Positions 18,253-27,971 of a stretch of 64,000 bases of DNA are shown here, in pieces. The stretch lies in contig CAYPFP010000001.1 in NCBI GenBank assembly GCA_964409935.1, positions 30,331 through 94,330 on the forward strand, in the 5' to 3' direction. Under the pieces are notes generated by a model. It saw only the letters and a list, made by a program, of their open reading frames with translations. It ran no database searches and had not been told where the DNA came from. The position numbers were made by a program, and so were the translations under genes. The stretch comes from an uncultured Planctomycetota bacterium (GTDB lineage: Bacteria; Planctomycetota; Brocadiia; JAADGH01; CAYPFP01). Within the stretch, counting starts at the first letter, position 1; each line of letters opens with the position of its first letter.

Positions 18253-20168
18253 ACCTGGGCACGACCAACTCGGTCGTCGCCCTCATGGAAGGCGCCGACC
18301 CGAAGGTCATCATCAATGCCGAAGGCGGGCGGCTGACGCCGTCGGTCATCGCCTTCACCGAAAGCGGCGAACGCCTCGTGGGGCAGGTGGCGAAACGGCA
18401 GGCCATCACCAATCCGCTCAACACAATCCACTCCATCAAGCGCTTCATGGGACGCCGGCGCAGCGAGGTGCCGGCCGAAGAGAAGATGGTATCGTACCAG
18501 TTGGTCGGCGGCGGCGAAGAGTTCGTCCGCGTGCGCGTCCCCCGCGAAAGCAAGGAATTCACGCCGGCCGAGCTATCGGCCATGGTGCTTCAGAAGATTC
18601 GTGAGACGGCGGAGAACTACCTGGGACAGCCCGTGACGCGCGCCGTCATCACCGTTCCCGCGTACTTCAACGACAGCCAGCGGCAGGCCACCAAGGACGC
18701 CGGCCAGATCGCCGGGCTGCACGTGGAGCGCATCCTCAACGAACCCACGGCCGCCGCGCTGGCCTACGGCATGGAGAGAAAGAAGGACCAGCGGATCGCC
18801 GTTTTCGACCTGGGCGGCGGCACGTTCGACATCTCGATCCTGGAGGTCGGCGACGGCGTCTTCGAGGTTCTGGCCACCAGCGGCGACACGCACCTGGGCG
18901 GCGACGACTTCGACCATGTCCTGATCGAGTACGTTGCCGGCGATTTCCAGGACAAGTACGGCATAGATCTGCGGAAAAATCCCGTCGCATTGCAAAGACT
19001 CAAGGAGACCTGCGAGCGCGCCAAGTGCGAACTCTCGACCGCCGTCGAGACCGACATCAACCTGCCCTTCATCGCCGCCGACCGCTCAGGCCCCAAACAC
19101 ATCCTCATGCGCATCACGCGGGCGCGATTCCAACAGTTGACGCAACACCTGGTGGAGCGCACCCGCAAGCCCTGCCTGCAGGCAATGCAGGACGCCGATA
19201 TGAAGGCGAAAGACGTAGACGAGGTCGTGCTGGTGGGCGGCTCTTCGCGCATGCCGGCGGTGCAGGACATCGTGCGCGAGATCTTCCAGCGCGAGCCGAA
19301 CCGCAGCGTAAACCCCGACGAAGTCGTGGCGGCGGGGGCGGCGATCCAGGCGGCGGTGCTCGCAGGCGAAGTGCGCGACGTCCTGCTCCTCGACGTGACG
19401 CCGCTTTCGCTGGGCATCGAGACCTCCGGCGGCCTGACCAACAAGCTGGTCGAACGCAACACCACCATCCCCACGCGCCGACGCGAGGTCTTCACCACGT
19501 CCATGGACAAGCAGACCGGAGTGGACATACTCGTGGTGCAGGGCGAACGCGAGATGGCGCGCGACAACCGGGTGCTGGGCAAGTTCACGCTCATGGGGGT
19601 GCCGCCCGCCCCGCGAGGCGTGCCGCAGATCGAGGTGATCTTTGACGTGGACGCGAACGGCATCCTGCACGTGTCGGCCAAGGACCTGGGTTCGGGCAAG
19701 GAACATTCCATACGCATCGAGTCCGCTTCGGGCCTGACGAAGGACGAGATAGCGCGGATGCAAAAGGAAGCCGTTGAACGAGGCGAAGAGGACAAGCAGA
19801 AACGCGCAATGGCCGATCAGCGCAACTTCGCCGACCACGTCCTCTACATGACGAAACGGATGCTCGCCGACCACGGAGCCAAGGTCGGCGAAGAGGCGCG
19901 GAAGACCATAGCCGACGCCATGAAGCGGCTGAGCGAGGCGCGCGAGACAAATGACATGACCGTGTTAAGGGCGGCGATCGAGGCCCTCAACGAGGCGACA
20001 CGGCCGCTTTCGGCGATCGCCTTCACGGAAGGGATCGGCAAGCCCGTTCCGGCGCGCGAACCGGCGCCGCCTCCGCAACCCCCTCCCGCGCCCGTCGCGC
20101 CGGCCGGGCCGTCGAGACCAGGCGATCCGGTGGTTGACGCGGAGTTCGAGGTGAAAGAGGACAAGTGA
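18231..20168 (+). CDS. dnaK: molecular chaperone DnaK (Hsp70)
   Basis: [37 protein letters not shown]; 645 aa; RBS ggaaaagg upstream; the N-terminal extension in the track ORF was rejected. Confidence 0.97.
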   Translation: MSKIIGIDLGTTNSVVALMEGADPKVIINAEGGRLTPSVIAFTESGERLVGQVAKRQAITNPLNTIHSIKRFMGRRRSEVPAEEKMVSYQLVGGGEEFVRVRVPRESKEFTPAELSAMVLQKIRETAENYLGQPVTRAVITVPAYFNDSQRQATKDAGQIAGLHVERILNEPTAAALAYGMERKKDQRIAVFDLGGGTFDISILEVGDGVFEVLATSGDTHLGGDDFDHVLIEYVAGDFQDKYGIDLRKNPVALQRLKETCERAKCELSTAVETDINLPFIAADRSGPKHILMRITRARFQQLTQHLVERTRKPCLQAMQDADMKAKDVDEVVLVGGSSRMPAVQDIVREIFQREPNRSVNPDEVVAAGAAIQAAVLAGEVRDVLLLDVTPLSLGIETSGGLTNKLVERNTTIPTRRREVFTTSMDKQTGVDILVVQGEREMARDNRVLGKFTLMGVPPAPRGVPQIEVIFDVDANGILHVSAKDLGSGKEHSIRIESASGLTKDEIARMQKEAVERGEEDKQKRAMADQRNFADHVLYMTKRMLADHGAKVGEEARKTIADAMKRLSEARETNDMTVLRAAIEALNEATRPLSAIAFTEGIGKPVPAREPAPPPQPPPAPVAPAGPSRPGDPVVDAEFEVKEDK

Positions 20169-20223
20169 CAGGAACCCCAGCGCGCGCCCCGGATTCCGAG
20201 GGCAGTCAGGCAGATACGGCAAC

Positions 20224-20970
20224 GTGATCCCGCGATTCTTCATCTCGAATCCGCCTCAAGGCGACCAGGTGGACCTCACCGGCGGCGAAGCGCATCACAT
20301 GATAGACGTGCGCCGCATGGTGGAGGGCGACCGCGTCACGCTGTTCGACAACGGCGGCGCGGAGTACGCGGGCGTGATAGAGCGAATCATCGGCGGCGGC
20401 GCGGGGCTTTCGGTCCGCATCCGGGTCTCGGAGAGAGGGCAGACCGACCGCGAACCGGCCGTGAAGATCGTGATCGCCACGGCCATCCCCAAAGGCGAAC
20501 GCGCCGACACGATGGCGCAGAAGTGCGCCGAGCTGGGCTGCCACACCTGGATTCCGCTGGAGTGTGCGCGGAGCGTGGTGCGGTTTGTGCCGGGGCGCGA
20601 AGGCAAGCTGGAAAAGTGGCGTCGCGTCGCGCTGGAGGCCTCAAAGCAATGCGGCCGCAATCGGGTCATGGAGGTCGGGGAGCCTTGCGCGTTTGAGGCG
20701 CTGTTGAAGGAGGGCGCGAAGACGCCGGGGCTTCGGCTTATCTGCGCGCTGACGCCTTCGGCAAGACCGCTGAAGAATTTGCTTGCGGAGAAAGGACATC
20801 CCAAGGATATTATCTGCCTTGTCGGTCCCGAGGGAGGTTTCACGGACGAAGAGATGACGCAAGCTGCCGCCGCCGGCTTCATTCCCGTCAGGCTGGCGCG
20901 GAGCATACTGAGGACCGAGACGGCCGCCATCGCGGCCACGGCGATAATCGGGGCCGAGTATATGCCCTGA
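20224..20970 (+). CDS. rsmE: 16S rRNA (uracil1498-N3)-methyltransferase RsmE
   Basis: MIPRFFI..., ...LVGPEGGFTDEE..., ...LGRSILRTETAAIAA are RsmE (SPOUT) hallmarks. Confidence 0.85.
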   Translation: MIPRFFISNPPQGDQVDLTGGEAHHMIDVRRMVEGDRVTLFDNGGAEYAGVIERIIGGGAGLSVRIRVSERGQTDREPAVKIVIATAIPKGERADTMAQKCAELGCHTWIPLECARSVVRFVPGREGKLEKWRRVALEASKQCGRNRVMEVGEPCAFEALLKEGAKTPGLRLICALTPSARPLKNLLAEKGHPKDIICLVGPEGGFTDEEMTQAAAAGFIPVRLARSILRTETAAIAATAIIGAEYMP

Positions 20971-20977
20971 CGAGACG

Positions 20978-23353
20978 ATGAGCTGCAAGGACAGTGCCAC
21001 GGAGAAAGCGATGAGACAGCGGCGGGTATCGGCGTGCGCGGCGTTTGTGTTGATGTTGGCGTGTGCGGCGGGTTGCGGCAAGAAAGAGGAGACGCCGAGC
21101 GCGGCGCCCAAGCCCGCGGCCGGACCGAAGCCGGCGCCGACGGTTGCGCCGGCGAAGATTCCCCGCGCCTCCATCTGCCTGAACGGCGAATGGGACTTTT
21201 TGCCGGTGACCGATGAATCGCAGAAGGCCGCGCCGCCCAAGGACGGCTGGCGCAAGGTGCGCGTGCCGAGCGTGTGGGCGCTGAAGCCGTCAACGGCGGG
21301 GGAGAAGACCGGAAACTACGAATTCGACCTACCCGAAGACACGGCGAAGGCGCAAGCGGCGTGGTATCGGCTGTCCTTCCCGGTTCCGAAGGAGTGGAAC
21401 GACGGGCGGCGCGTTTCGCTGGAATTTCAAGGCATCAACCACCGGTCGCGCGTTTACGTGAACGGAGATTCGACCGAGGAAAACGAAGGCGCGCATCTGC
21501 CCGTCGTCGTGAACCTCACCCAACGCGCGCGGTTCGGCCAGGCCAACGAGGTCTGCGTCCTGGTGGAGGCCGATCCTGCGGGGTCGGTCGCGGGCTTGTG
21601 GCGAAGCGTCTACGTCCGATGCTATCCGAGCGTGTCGCTTCAGAATGTGTTCGTCAATACGTCCGTGCGGAAAAAAGAGATTACGGTGAAGGTGTGGATC
21701 AAGAACGACACCGAGGCGGCGCACCGGGTGGTGCTGAAGAACGTGATCCGCGAGTGCGGCAGCGACAAGGTGGCAAACATCTTCGGGGACCTGCTCGTGG
21801 GCGTGGAGCCGGGCGAGACCAAGATCGTTGAGGTCAAGCGCTCGTGGTCCGACCCTAAACTATGGGGCTTCGGCATCCACGGCGAGCCGTTTCTGTACAT
21901 GCTGCGTTCCGAGTTGCGCACGGCGGACGAGGAATCGCCGGCCAACATCGTCATCCTCGACGCGCTGAACACCCGTTTCGGCTTCCGCGAGTTCTGGACC
22001 AGCGGCAAGCAGTTTATGTTCAACGGCAAGCCCTTCTTCATCAAAGGCGACGTGATCGGGCCGGAACGCATGCTGGCGCATCATCGGGCGTTTGTGACGC
22101 TCTTCTATCTGGCCCAGCGCGAAGCGGGCGTAAACTTCATCCGGTTGCGCGACCCGAACGGCTTCTTCCCGAAGGTGTGGTACGAGGTCGCCGACGAAGT
22201 GGGCATGCTCGTGGAGCCGGAAGCCGCCATGCGCGTCACCAAGACGAAGGAGGAGGTGGAGCTTCCCGGCGACGACCAGATTGAGGTGTTGAAGAACGAA
22301 TGGGAGGCGTTCGTGATGGGGGCGGGCAACCACCCCAGCATCGCGATGTACTCGTGCGACAACGAGATCTGTACGCAGGACCAGGAGATGGTGGACGGCG
22401 CCGTCTTCGCGAGGCTGAACGAGGTCCGCAAGAGCATTCGCCAGAACGACCCGACGCGCGTCATCGAGGAACAAGGAGACGTGCAACTCGGCACCGGACA
22501 GAAACTCGGCATCTTCACCGAACTCCAGGTCTTCAATGCGCACCTGGCAGGCGCCGATCCCGGAAAGGCGCTGGAGGAAATCAAGCAGAGGTTCGATTAT
22601 AATGACAGGATACCTATTCATGTGGGGGAGCTTTCGACGGACGACAAGACCGTCGGGGCGACGGCCGACCTGACCGAGGCGTCCTGCAAGGCGGCGGGGG
22701 AGTACTTTGCCAAGGCCATGAGAGAGGTGCGGGACGCCGGCGCGGCAGGCGTGAGCCTGAATTCGGGCGCGGCCGTGATGTACTTCGACCCCAAGGCAGT
22801 CGCGGGCGTGGCAAGACCGCGATGGCCCAGTCTTTCCGGCGAAGGGATGAAGGTATGCCAGGTGGATACGGCGGCCGGCGCGGGGGGGCGCTTCAACTGG
22901 TTTGATGCATCGCGTCCGGCCTTTGGGACCAATGTTTCCCACGAGCTGGTCAAGAAAGGCTTCAAGGACTTGGACGGCCAGGAGAGCGGCGCACTGGCCA
23001 AGAGCCGAATACAGGAGGTCGTCGCGGGCCTGGCGCCGGATGGAAAGCCGTTGGCCGGCGCGTATGTCTTCCTGACCCGCAAAGGCCAGGAGGGCAGGGG
23101 CGACACCGGCGTGATGACCGATTCCGCGGGCACGGCGTGGTTCGCGCCGGTCGAGCCGGGGCCGTACGAGGTGTGGGCGATGGTGGCGGGAAAGCGGATC
23201 GGCAAGGAAGTCAATGTGGGCGTTGCCGAACTGACGCCGAAGGCCGGCTACGGCCACATCACGTGGGTTGACCTGACGCCCGGCGCGACGGACAAGGCGC
23301 GGGCGGATGTGGGCAAGCCGGTCGAGGGCGGGGCAGGGGAAAAGGCGAAGTAA
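20978..23353 (+). CDS. glycoside hydrolase family 2-like lipoprotein with C-terminal carboxypeptidase-regulatory-like domain
   Basis: Probable start MRQRRVSACAAFVLMLACAAGCGKKEE (lipobox) at about 21011; ICLNGEWDF..., VSLEFQGINHRSRVYVNGD (GH2 sugar-binding domain); C-terminal AYVFLTRKGQEGRGDTGVMTDSAGTAWFAPVEPGPYEVWA beta-sandwich. Confidence 0.7.
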   Translation: MSCKDSATEKAMRQRRVSACAAFVLMLACAAGCGKKEETPSAAPKPAAGPKPAPTVAPAKIPRASICLNGEWDFLPVTDESQKAAPPKDGWRKVRVPSVWALKPSTAGEKTGNYEFDLPEDTAKAQAAWYRLSFPVPKEWNDGRRVSLEFQGINHRSRVYVNGDSTEENEGAHLPVVVNLTQRARFGQANEVCVLVEADPAGSVAGLWRSVYVRCYPSVSLQNVFVNTSVRKKEITVKVWIKNDTEAAHRVVLKNVIRECGSDKVANIFGDLLVGVEPGETKIVEVKRSWSDPKLWGFGIHGEPFLYMLRSELRTADEESPANIVILDALNTRFGFREFWTSGKQFMFNGKPFFIKGDVIGPERMLAHHRAFVTLFYLAQREAGVNFIRLRDPNGFFPKVWYEVADEVGMLVEPEAAMRVTKTKEEVELPGDDQIEVLKNEWEAFVMGAGNHPSIAMYSCDNEICTQDQEMVDGAVFARLNEVRKSIRQNDPTRVIEEQGDVQLGTGQKLGIFTELQVFNAHLAGADPGKALEEIKQRFDYNDRIPIHVGELSTDDKTVGATADLTEASCKAAGEYFAKAMREVRDAGAAGVSLNSGAAVMYFDPKAVAGVARPRWPSLSGEGMKVCQVDTAAGAGGRFNWFDASRPAFGTNVSHELVKKGFKDLDGQESGALAKSRIQEVVAGLAPDGKPLAGAYVFLTRKGQEGRGDTGVMTDSAGTAWFAPVEPGPYEVWAMVAGKRIGKEVNVGVAELTPKAGYGHITWVDLTPGATDKARADVGKPVEGGAGEKAK

Positions 23354-23393
23354 GGCGCGGTTCGCAGTTCATGCCAAAGGAAAAGGATCGTAG

Positions 23394-24233
23394 ATGTCGC
23401 AACTGGATGCAAGACTGGAAAAGGCAAGACACATACTCAAGGACCTGGGCAGCGTCGTCATCGCGTTCTCCGGGGGCGTGGACAGCAGCTTCCTGGCGAA
23501 GCTGGCGCACGACACCCTGGGCGACAAGGCGCTGGCGGTGACGGCCACGTCCGAGACGTATCCGTCCTTTGAGTACGAACAGGCGGTGAAGGTGGCGAAC
23601 GAGATCGGGATCGCCCAGCACACCATCCACACCGAGGAACTCTCCATCGAGGGGTTCAAGAACAATCCGCCCAACCGCTGCTACTTCTGCAAGAAGGAGC
23701 TTTTTGAGAAGCTGCTCGGCCTGGCGAAAGAGCGGGGTTTCGCGCACGTCGTGGACGGAGCGAACGCCGACGACACCGGCGACTGGCGGCCCGGCCTGCA
23801 GGCGGGGCGCGAACTGGGCGTACGCAGCCCCCTGATGGAGGCGGGGCTGACAAAACAGGATATTCGAGACCTTTCGAAACGCATGAACCTGTCCACGTGG
23901 GACAAGCCGTCGTACGCCTGCCTTTCGTCGCGGTTTCCGTACGGCAAGACGATCACGCCGGAGGCGCTCCACAAGGTTGCGCATGCGGAGGAATTCCTGC
24001 GCGGTCTGGGTTTCCGGCAGTTTCGCGTACGCCACCACGACACCATCGCGCGCATCGAGGTGGAGACGGAAGCCTTTGCGCGGATACTGGAGCCGGCGAT
24101 GCGGGAGCGAATCCTTGCGCGGTTCAAGGAGATCGGCTACACCTACGTGGCCGTGGACCTTCAGGGCTACCGCACCGGCAGCATGAACGAAGTCCTTCCG
24201 GAACGCAAAGGCGGAAAAACCCCCGCGACCTGA
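23394..24233 (+). CDS. larE: PP-loop ATP-pyrophosphatase, LarE-like sulfur transferase family
   Basis: AFSGGVDSS PP-loop, CYFCKKELF, 279 aa; matches the TIGR00268/LarE pattern. Confidence 0.75.
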   Translation: MSQLDARLEKARHILKDLGSVVIAFSGGVDSSFLAKLAHDTLGDKALAVTATSETYPSFEYEQAVKVANEIGIAQHTIHTEELSIEGFKNNPPNRCYFCKKELFEKLLGLAKERGFAHVVDGANADDTGDWRPGLQAGRELGVRSPLMEAGLTKQDIRDLSKRMNLSTWDKPSYACLSSRFPYGKTITPEALHKVAHAEEFLRGLGFRQFRVRHHDTIARIEVETEAFARILEPAMRERILARFKEIGYTYVAVDLQGYRTGSMNEVLPERKGGKTPAT

Positions 24234-24249
24234 GAAAACAGGGATTGCG

Positions 24250-27200
24250 TCATTTGGGAGGATAGCCCCATATCTCGACCTCGGACAGGGTAAGGTACGT
24301 GCGGCCTTCGAGTCGAGTGAACTTCAGCGTCAAACGGTCGGTGTGAAGCGCAAGAGGACCGAACTCGTTCCAACCGTTTTTTGCGGGCGCGATCACGCCG
24401 AGTCTTTCCCCGCCGCGCCACAGCTCGATGCTGTGCGTACCGTGTGATTTGCGCGAATCGTCGTTCAGCACGTTCACGCGCACCCGCTTCACGTCACAAG
24501 GCCTGCCCAAGGCGAAGGTCAACGATCCCGTGTCGCGTTTCGTCCAGTAGGCATAGGACGAGAGCGGCTTCTGCAGATGATTGTAGGAACTCTCGCCGTC
24601 GGTCAGACAGCCGGCGGTAAAGGCGATGGCCGCGCCCTCCGGCTGCGCGTCGCCGGCCATGGGTTCATCGGGGGCGTAACCGCCCCCGACGTCCGCATTG
24701 CACGCGCCGAAGGCGGGCTTGCGCCATTCGCGTCCGCCGCCGTTGTTGGTCAGGGCGAACTCGGCCCGGCCGAGGTCTTCGAGGACGGCGTCGTCGAACC
24801 AGGCATCGCCCGTGCCGTCGCGATGGGCGAGGGTCCAGGCGGCCACGGTGCGACTCACCGTCATGAACTCCACGGCCCGCTCTTCCCATCCGCCTTCCTT
24901 TTTCTCCGTGGGGCGCAGCAAGTATCCCGCGCTCGTGTCGGTGTCATACTCGCGCAGCGAGATACTGGCGGCGGGATTCATCCCGGCATCCGCGCGGGTC
25001 CAGACGCTTGCCCGCCACCGCGTCATCGGCTTCAGGCCAAAACTGCCCGTCACGGAGACCAGGCGGGAGCGATTGTCCGAGCGAAGCCGCAGCGACCGCG
25101 TGCCCGACCGCTTCACTTTTTCGTCAATGTAGTATCCGACGCGCACAAGACTGTCGTAGTAGAAGTTCTGGCCGGGGATTTTTCTTGCGCTCCAGTGCAG
25201 GAACCCATCCTCGAATCCGCCGTTCGCCATCCCCGTCGGCCACTGGACGAAACTGAAGTCGCGCGCCTGGCGGAACGCAGCCGCCTCGTCCCGGAGGCCG
25301 AGGCCGGCCCGTTTCGCGTAGTGGAGGAAGACGGTGGCGTAGGCCGTGGCCGAAGCATCCGACCCGCCGCGAAGGTTCAGCATGTAATGCGCCAGAATCT
25401 TCATCCCCAGTTCAAGGTATCGCCTCTCGCCCGCGACTTCCGCCAGGTATCCGAGGGGCGGAAACAACGTGCTCCCGCGCCCCAGGGCGTAGGGGTTCGC
25501 CAGGACATAGGCCCGCCGATCCTCGCCGACCCGCTCCCCCGGCAGTACCCTTTGCGACCTCAACGACTTGGTCTGGACGTCAAGCGAAGAGTCCATCTCG
25601 CCGCGCAAGACGGCAAGGACCATCGGGTCTCCCGTCTCGTAGTGCAGCTTGGCCATGGCCTGGCAACCGTACCACGTGAAGGCGCAGCCCGCTTCGTAAC
25701 GGTCCTCGTACCAGGAGTCTTTTTCCGCGCCGCACACGGCGTTGGCGGGAACCCGCCGGCGGCCGAGTTCCTCGACATGCTTTCTCGCACACTCCAGGAA
25801 GCGGCGGTCGCCGGTGGCCGCGAAGATATCCACAAGATTGTCAATGGACCGCGTCCAGTCGCGGCCGCTGGTCCAGCCGACCTCCTTGGTCAAGAGGCAC
25901 TCTCCGATTTCGTAGAGCACTTCCAGGGCGCGCAGGTCGCCGAGGAGCAGGTACAGATCACGCACGCCCTGAATCCACGCGTGCGACCAGCCCTCCGGAG
26001 AAGCCGTGTGATTGTTGCAGTGGGTGTGGCAGAACCCGACGCCGTGGTGGATGTCCACGTCGCGATAGTGCTCGGCGGCCAGACGCGCCATGTCAAAGTG
26101 TTCGCGGCTTCCCGTGCGCATCCAGTGGAGAAACAGTTCATGGTCCGCCATGGACTCCAGGTTGGACCATCCGCCGTCGCCGGGAGCGTCGCCGAAGTTG
26201 AAGAGGCCGAAGAGGTTTGCCTTCTCCTTCTCCGACCAGGCAAAACGGCCGAGCGTCGGGATAGCGCCCACGCGCTGCTCGAAGATGGGGAAGGTCTGCG
26301 GGTCGGGCGGGAGGAGGAACTCAAAAACCCCGGAGGCGCACATCCACTCGCCGGACGCGCGCAGAACGGGGAGCGATTGCGTCAGGAACGAGCGGGCCTG
26401 CGCAGAGCCCGCGAAGTCGAGAAGGACATCCCACTGGCGCGCAAAGCCCTGCGGCAGCAGGACGCCCTTCGCGCTCTCCGGCCACAACTCGACCCGATGG
26501 CCGCGTTCGGTCCGGGCGGCGGCAAACGGCTGGTTCTGCGCCATGTCGCGCAAGGCCAGACTCCCCGCCGGCACATCGAGCGCGGCGCTCTGAATCGGCA
26601 GGACAACGCCGGGTTCATCGTTGATCCAGCAATGGGCGATGTGGACGAGACGCGTGTTCGCGTAAAGCGTGTGCCGCGTCACATACCGCCCCAGGCGCCG
26701 TCCGTCGTCGCTTCTCAGTTCTCCGTGCACGGCCACAACCGACACAAGCGACCCCGTCCGCTCCTTCCTGACGGAGACGATCCGCCCCTCGTATCGGCGC
26801 CCCTCGCCGTCAACGGCAGACGGTCTTGCCGTTGCGGGGTCGTAGTTGCCCTCGGCGAAGGTCCTCTTCACGGCGCCCGGCGGTTTCGCCTCGGCGGTTC
26901 CGAAGCTCAAAGTCATCGGCGATGAATCTTCGGGCGTCGGCACGGTGACCAGAAGCATCTTGACCGACCGATCCCTGTGCCAGCGCGCCAGCGCCTCGAC
27001 CTGCGCCTGCACCTCCCGGCCGGCGGCGTCCCTCACGCGAACACTCTGCGGGCGGAACAAGCGGCCCTGCGGGAACGGCACACCGCCCGAGACCGCCGGC
27101 AGACGCTCGGCGTTCGGCGGCACATCAATATGAAGCGCGACTTCGCCTTCGGCGTCGCGTGCGGGACCGTCATAGGGCTGCAGACCGGCAAGATGCGCGG

Positions 27201-27765
27201 CAAGGTCCGGAAGACTTGCGGCAGAGACCCGATGCGTTGCAACGGACAAAGGGTCGGCCGGCGGCGCACCGCGCACCTGGAATTCATCCGCCCAGAGTTG
27301 AACCCCCGCCTCCTTCGCCGCAACAGCAAGTTCCACCGGTCCGTCCTGAAGCGCCTCCGCCTCGATCTCAAGGCGTTGCCAGGACGACGAGACCTGCACG
27401 TCACGGGTCTTGTCCGCACGCCTGAGGCCGCTCCACCAGCTTAACCGAAGATGAACCAGCGTCGGCCGGCTCGCCCGCAGCATAACGGCCCCCGCGATCT
27501 TCCCAGCGCTGCACTCCCCGCATACCACGAACTCCCTGCTCGTTGTGGTGGTCGCGCAGAATTTTCCTGCGGCGGGCGCTTCAGACGCGATCTTCCAGTC
27601 CGGGTAGGCACTGACATGGCCATCACCGACGCGGTGCCAGAACTCCGCCGGACGATCACGCCTGTTACCCGACTCGAAGTCCCCGAAAAAAAGCAGGTTC
27701 TCCGGGGCGGCGGCCATCGCCAGGACGGGGAAACACACGACAGTCAGCAGGGCAAGACGCAGCAT
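24250..27765 (-). CDS. large secreted carbohydrate-active protein (CBM-like N-terminus, alpha/alpha-toroid-like core, C-terminal F5/8-type-C discoidin domain)
   Basis: Signal peptide MLRLALLTVVCFPVLAMAAAPE (ATG 27765); FFGDFESG CBM-like start; DHELFLHWMRTGSREHFDMARLAAEHY...GFCHTHCNNH region; C-terminal ...RVRVNVLNDD...LSEVEIWG discoidin-like. Confidence 0.6.
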   Translation of the reverse strand: MLRLALLTVVCFPVLAMAAAPENLLFFGDFESGNRRDRPAEFWHRVGDGHVSAYPDWKIASEAPAAGKFCATTTTSREFVVCGECSAGKIAGAVMLRASRPTLVHLRLSWWSGLRRADKTRDVQVSSSWQRLEIEAEALQDGPVELAVAAKEAGVQLWADEFQVRGAPPADPLSVATHRVSAASLPDLAAHLAGLQPYDGPARDAEGEVALHIDVPPNAERLPAVSGGVPFPQGRLFRPQSVRVRDAAGREVQAQVEALARWHRDRSVKMLLVTVPTPEDSSPMTLSFGTAEAKPPGAVKRTFAEGNYDPATARPSAVDGEGRRYEGRIVSVRKERTGSLVSVVAVHGELRSDDGRRLGRYVTRHTLYANTRLVHIAHCWINDEPGVVLPIQSAALDVPAGSLALRDMAQNQPFAAARTERGHRVELWPESAKGVLLPQGFARQWDVLLDFAGSAQARSFLTQSLPVLRASGEWMCASGVFEFLLPPDPQTFPIFEQRVGAIPTLGRFAWSEKEKANLFGLFNFGDAPGDGGWSNLESMADHELFLHWMRTGSREHFDMARLAAEHYRDVDIHHGVGFCHTHCNNHTASPEGWSHAWIQGVRDLYLLLGDLRALEVLYEIGECLLTKEVGWTSGRDWTRSIDNLVDIFAATGDRRFLECARKHVEELGRRRVPANAVCGAEKDSWYEDRYEAGCAFTWYGCQAMAKLHYETGDPMVLAVLRGEMDSSLDVQTKSLRSQRVLPGERVGEDRRAYVLANPYALGRGSTLFPPLGYLAEVAGERRYLELGMKILAHYMLNLRGGSDASATAYATVFLHYAKRAGLGLRDEAAAFRQARDFSFVQWPTGMANGGFEDGFLHWSARKIPGQNFYYDSLVRVGYYIDEKVKRSGTRSLRLRSDNRSRLVSVTGSFGLKPMTRWRASVWTRADAGMNPAASISLREYDTDTSAGYLLRPTEKKEGGWEERAVEFMTVSRTVAAWTLAHRDGTGDAWFDDAVLEDLGRAEFALTNNGGGREWRKPAFGACNADVGGGYAPDEPMAGDAQPEGAAIAFTAGCLTDGESSYNHLQKPLSSYAYWTKRDTGSLTFALGRPCDVKRVRVNVLNDDSRKSHGTHSIELWRGGERLGVIAPAKNGWNEFGPLALHTDRLTLKFTRLEGRTYLTLSEVEIWGYPPK

Positions 27766-27853
27766 GGACAGACCTCCGGTGTGCGTGCGATTACCGTGCG
27801 GTGGAAGCCATTTCATCAGAACGCGCAAACCGCGTCAAGGCAAAGTCCGGTTG

Positions 27854-27882
27854 TTGCATTTGCCAATAGCCTCCGTTATCAT
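27854..27882 (+). promoter_or_regulatory. sigma70-like promoter TTGCAT-17-TATCAT upstream of AsmA-like gene
   Basis: TTGCAT 27854-27859, 17-nt spacer, TATCAT 27877-27882, 90 nt upstream of ATG 27972. Confidence 0.3.
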
Positions 27883-27971
27883 ATACCGAATATATCGCTT
27901 TTCACGAAAGGGCGCGCAAACCGTGTCGCCCACAAGCAGTTCCGCGTCATCCGTCGTTCCTGCGGACTCCA

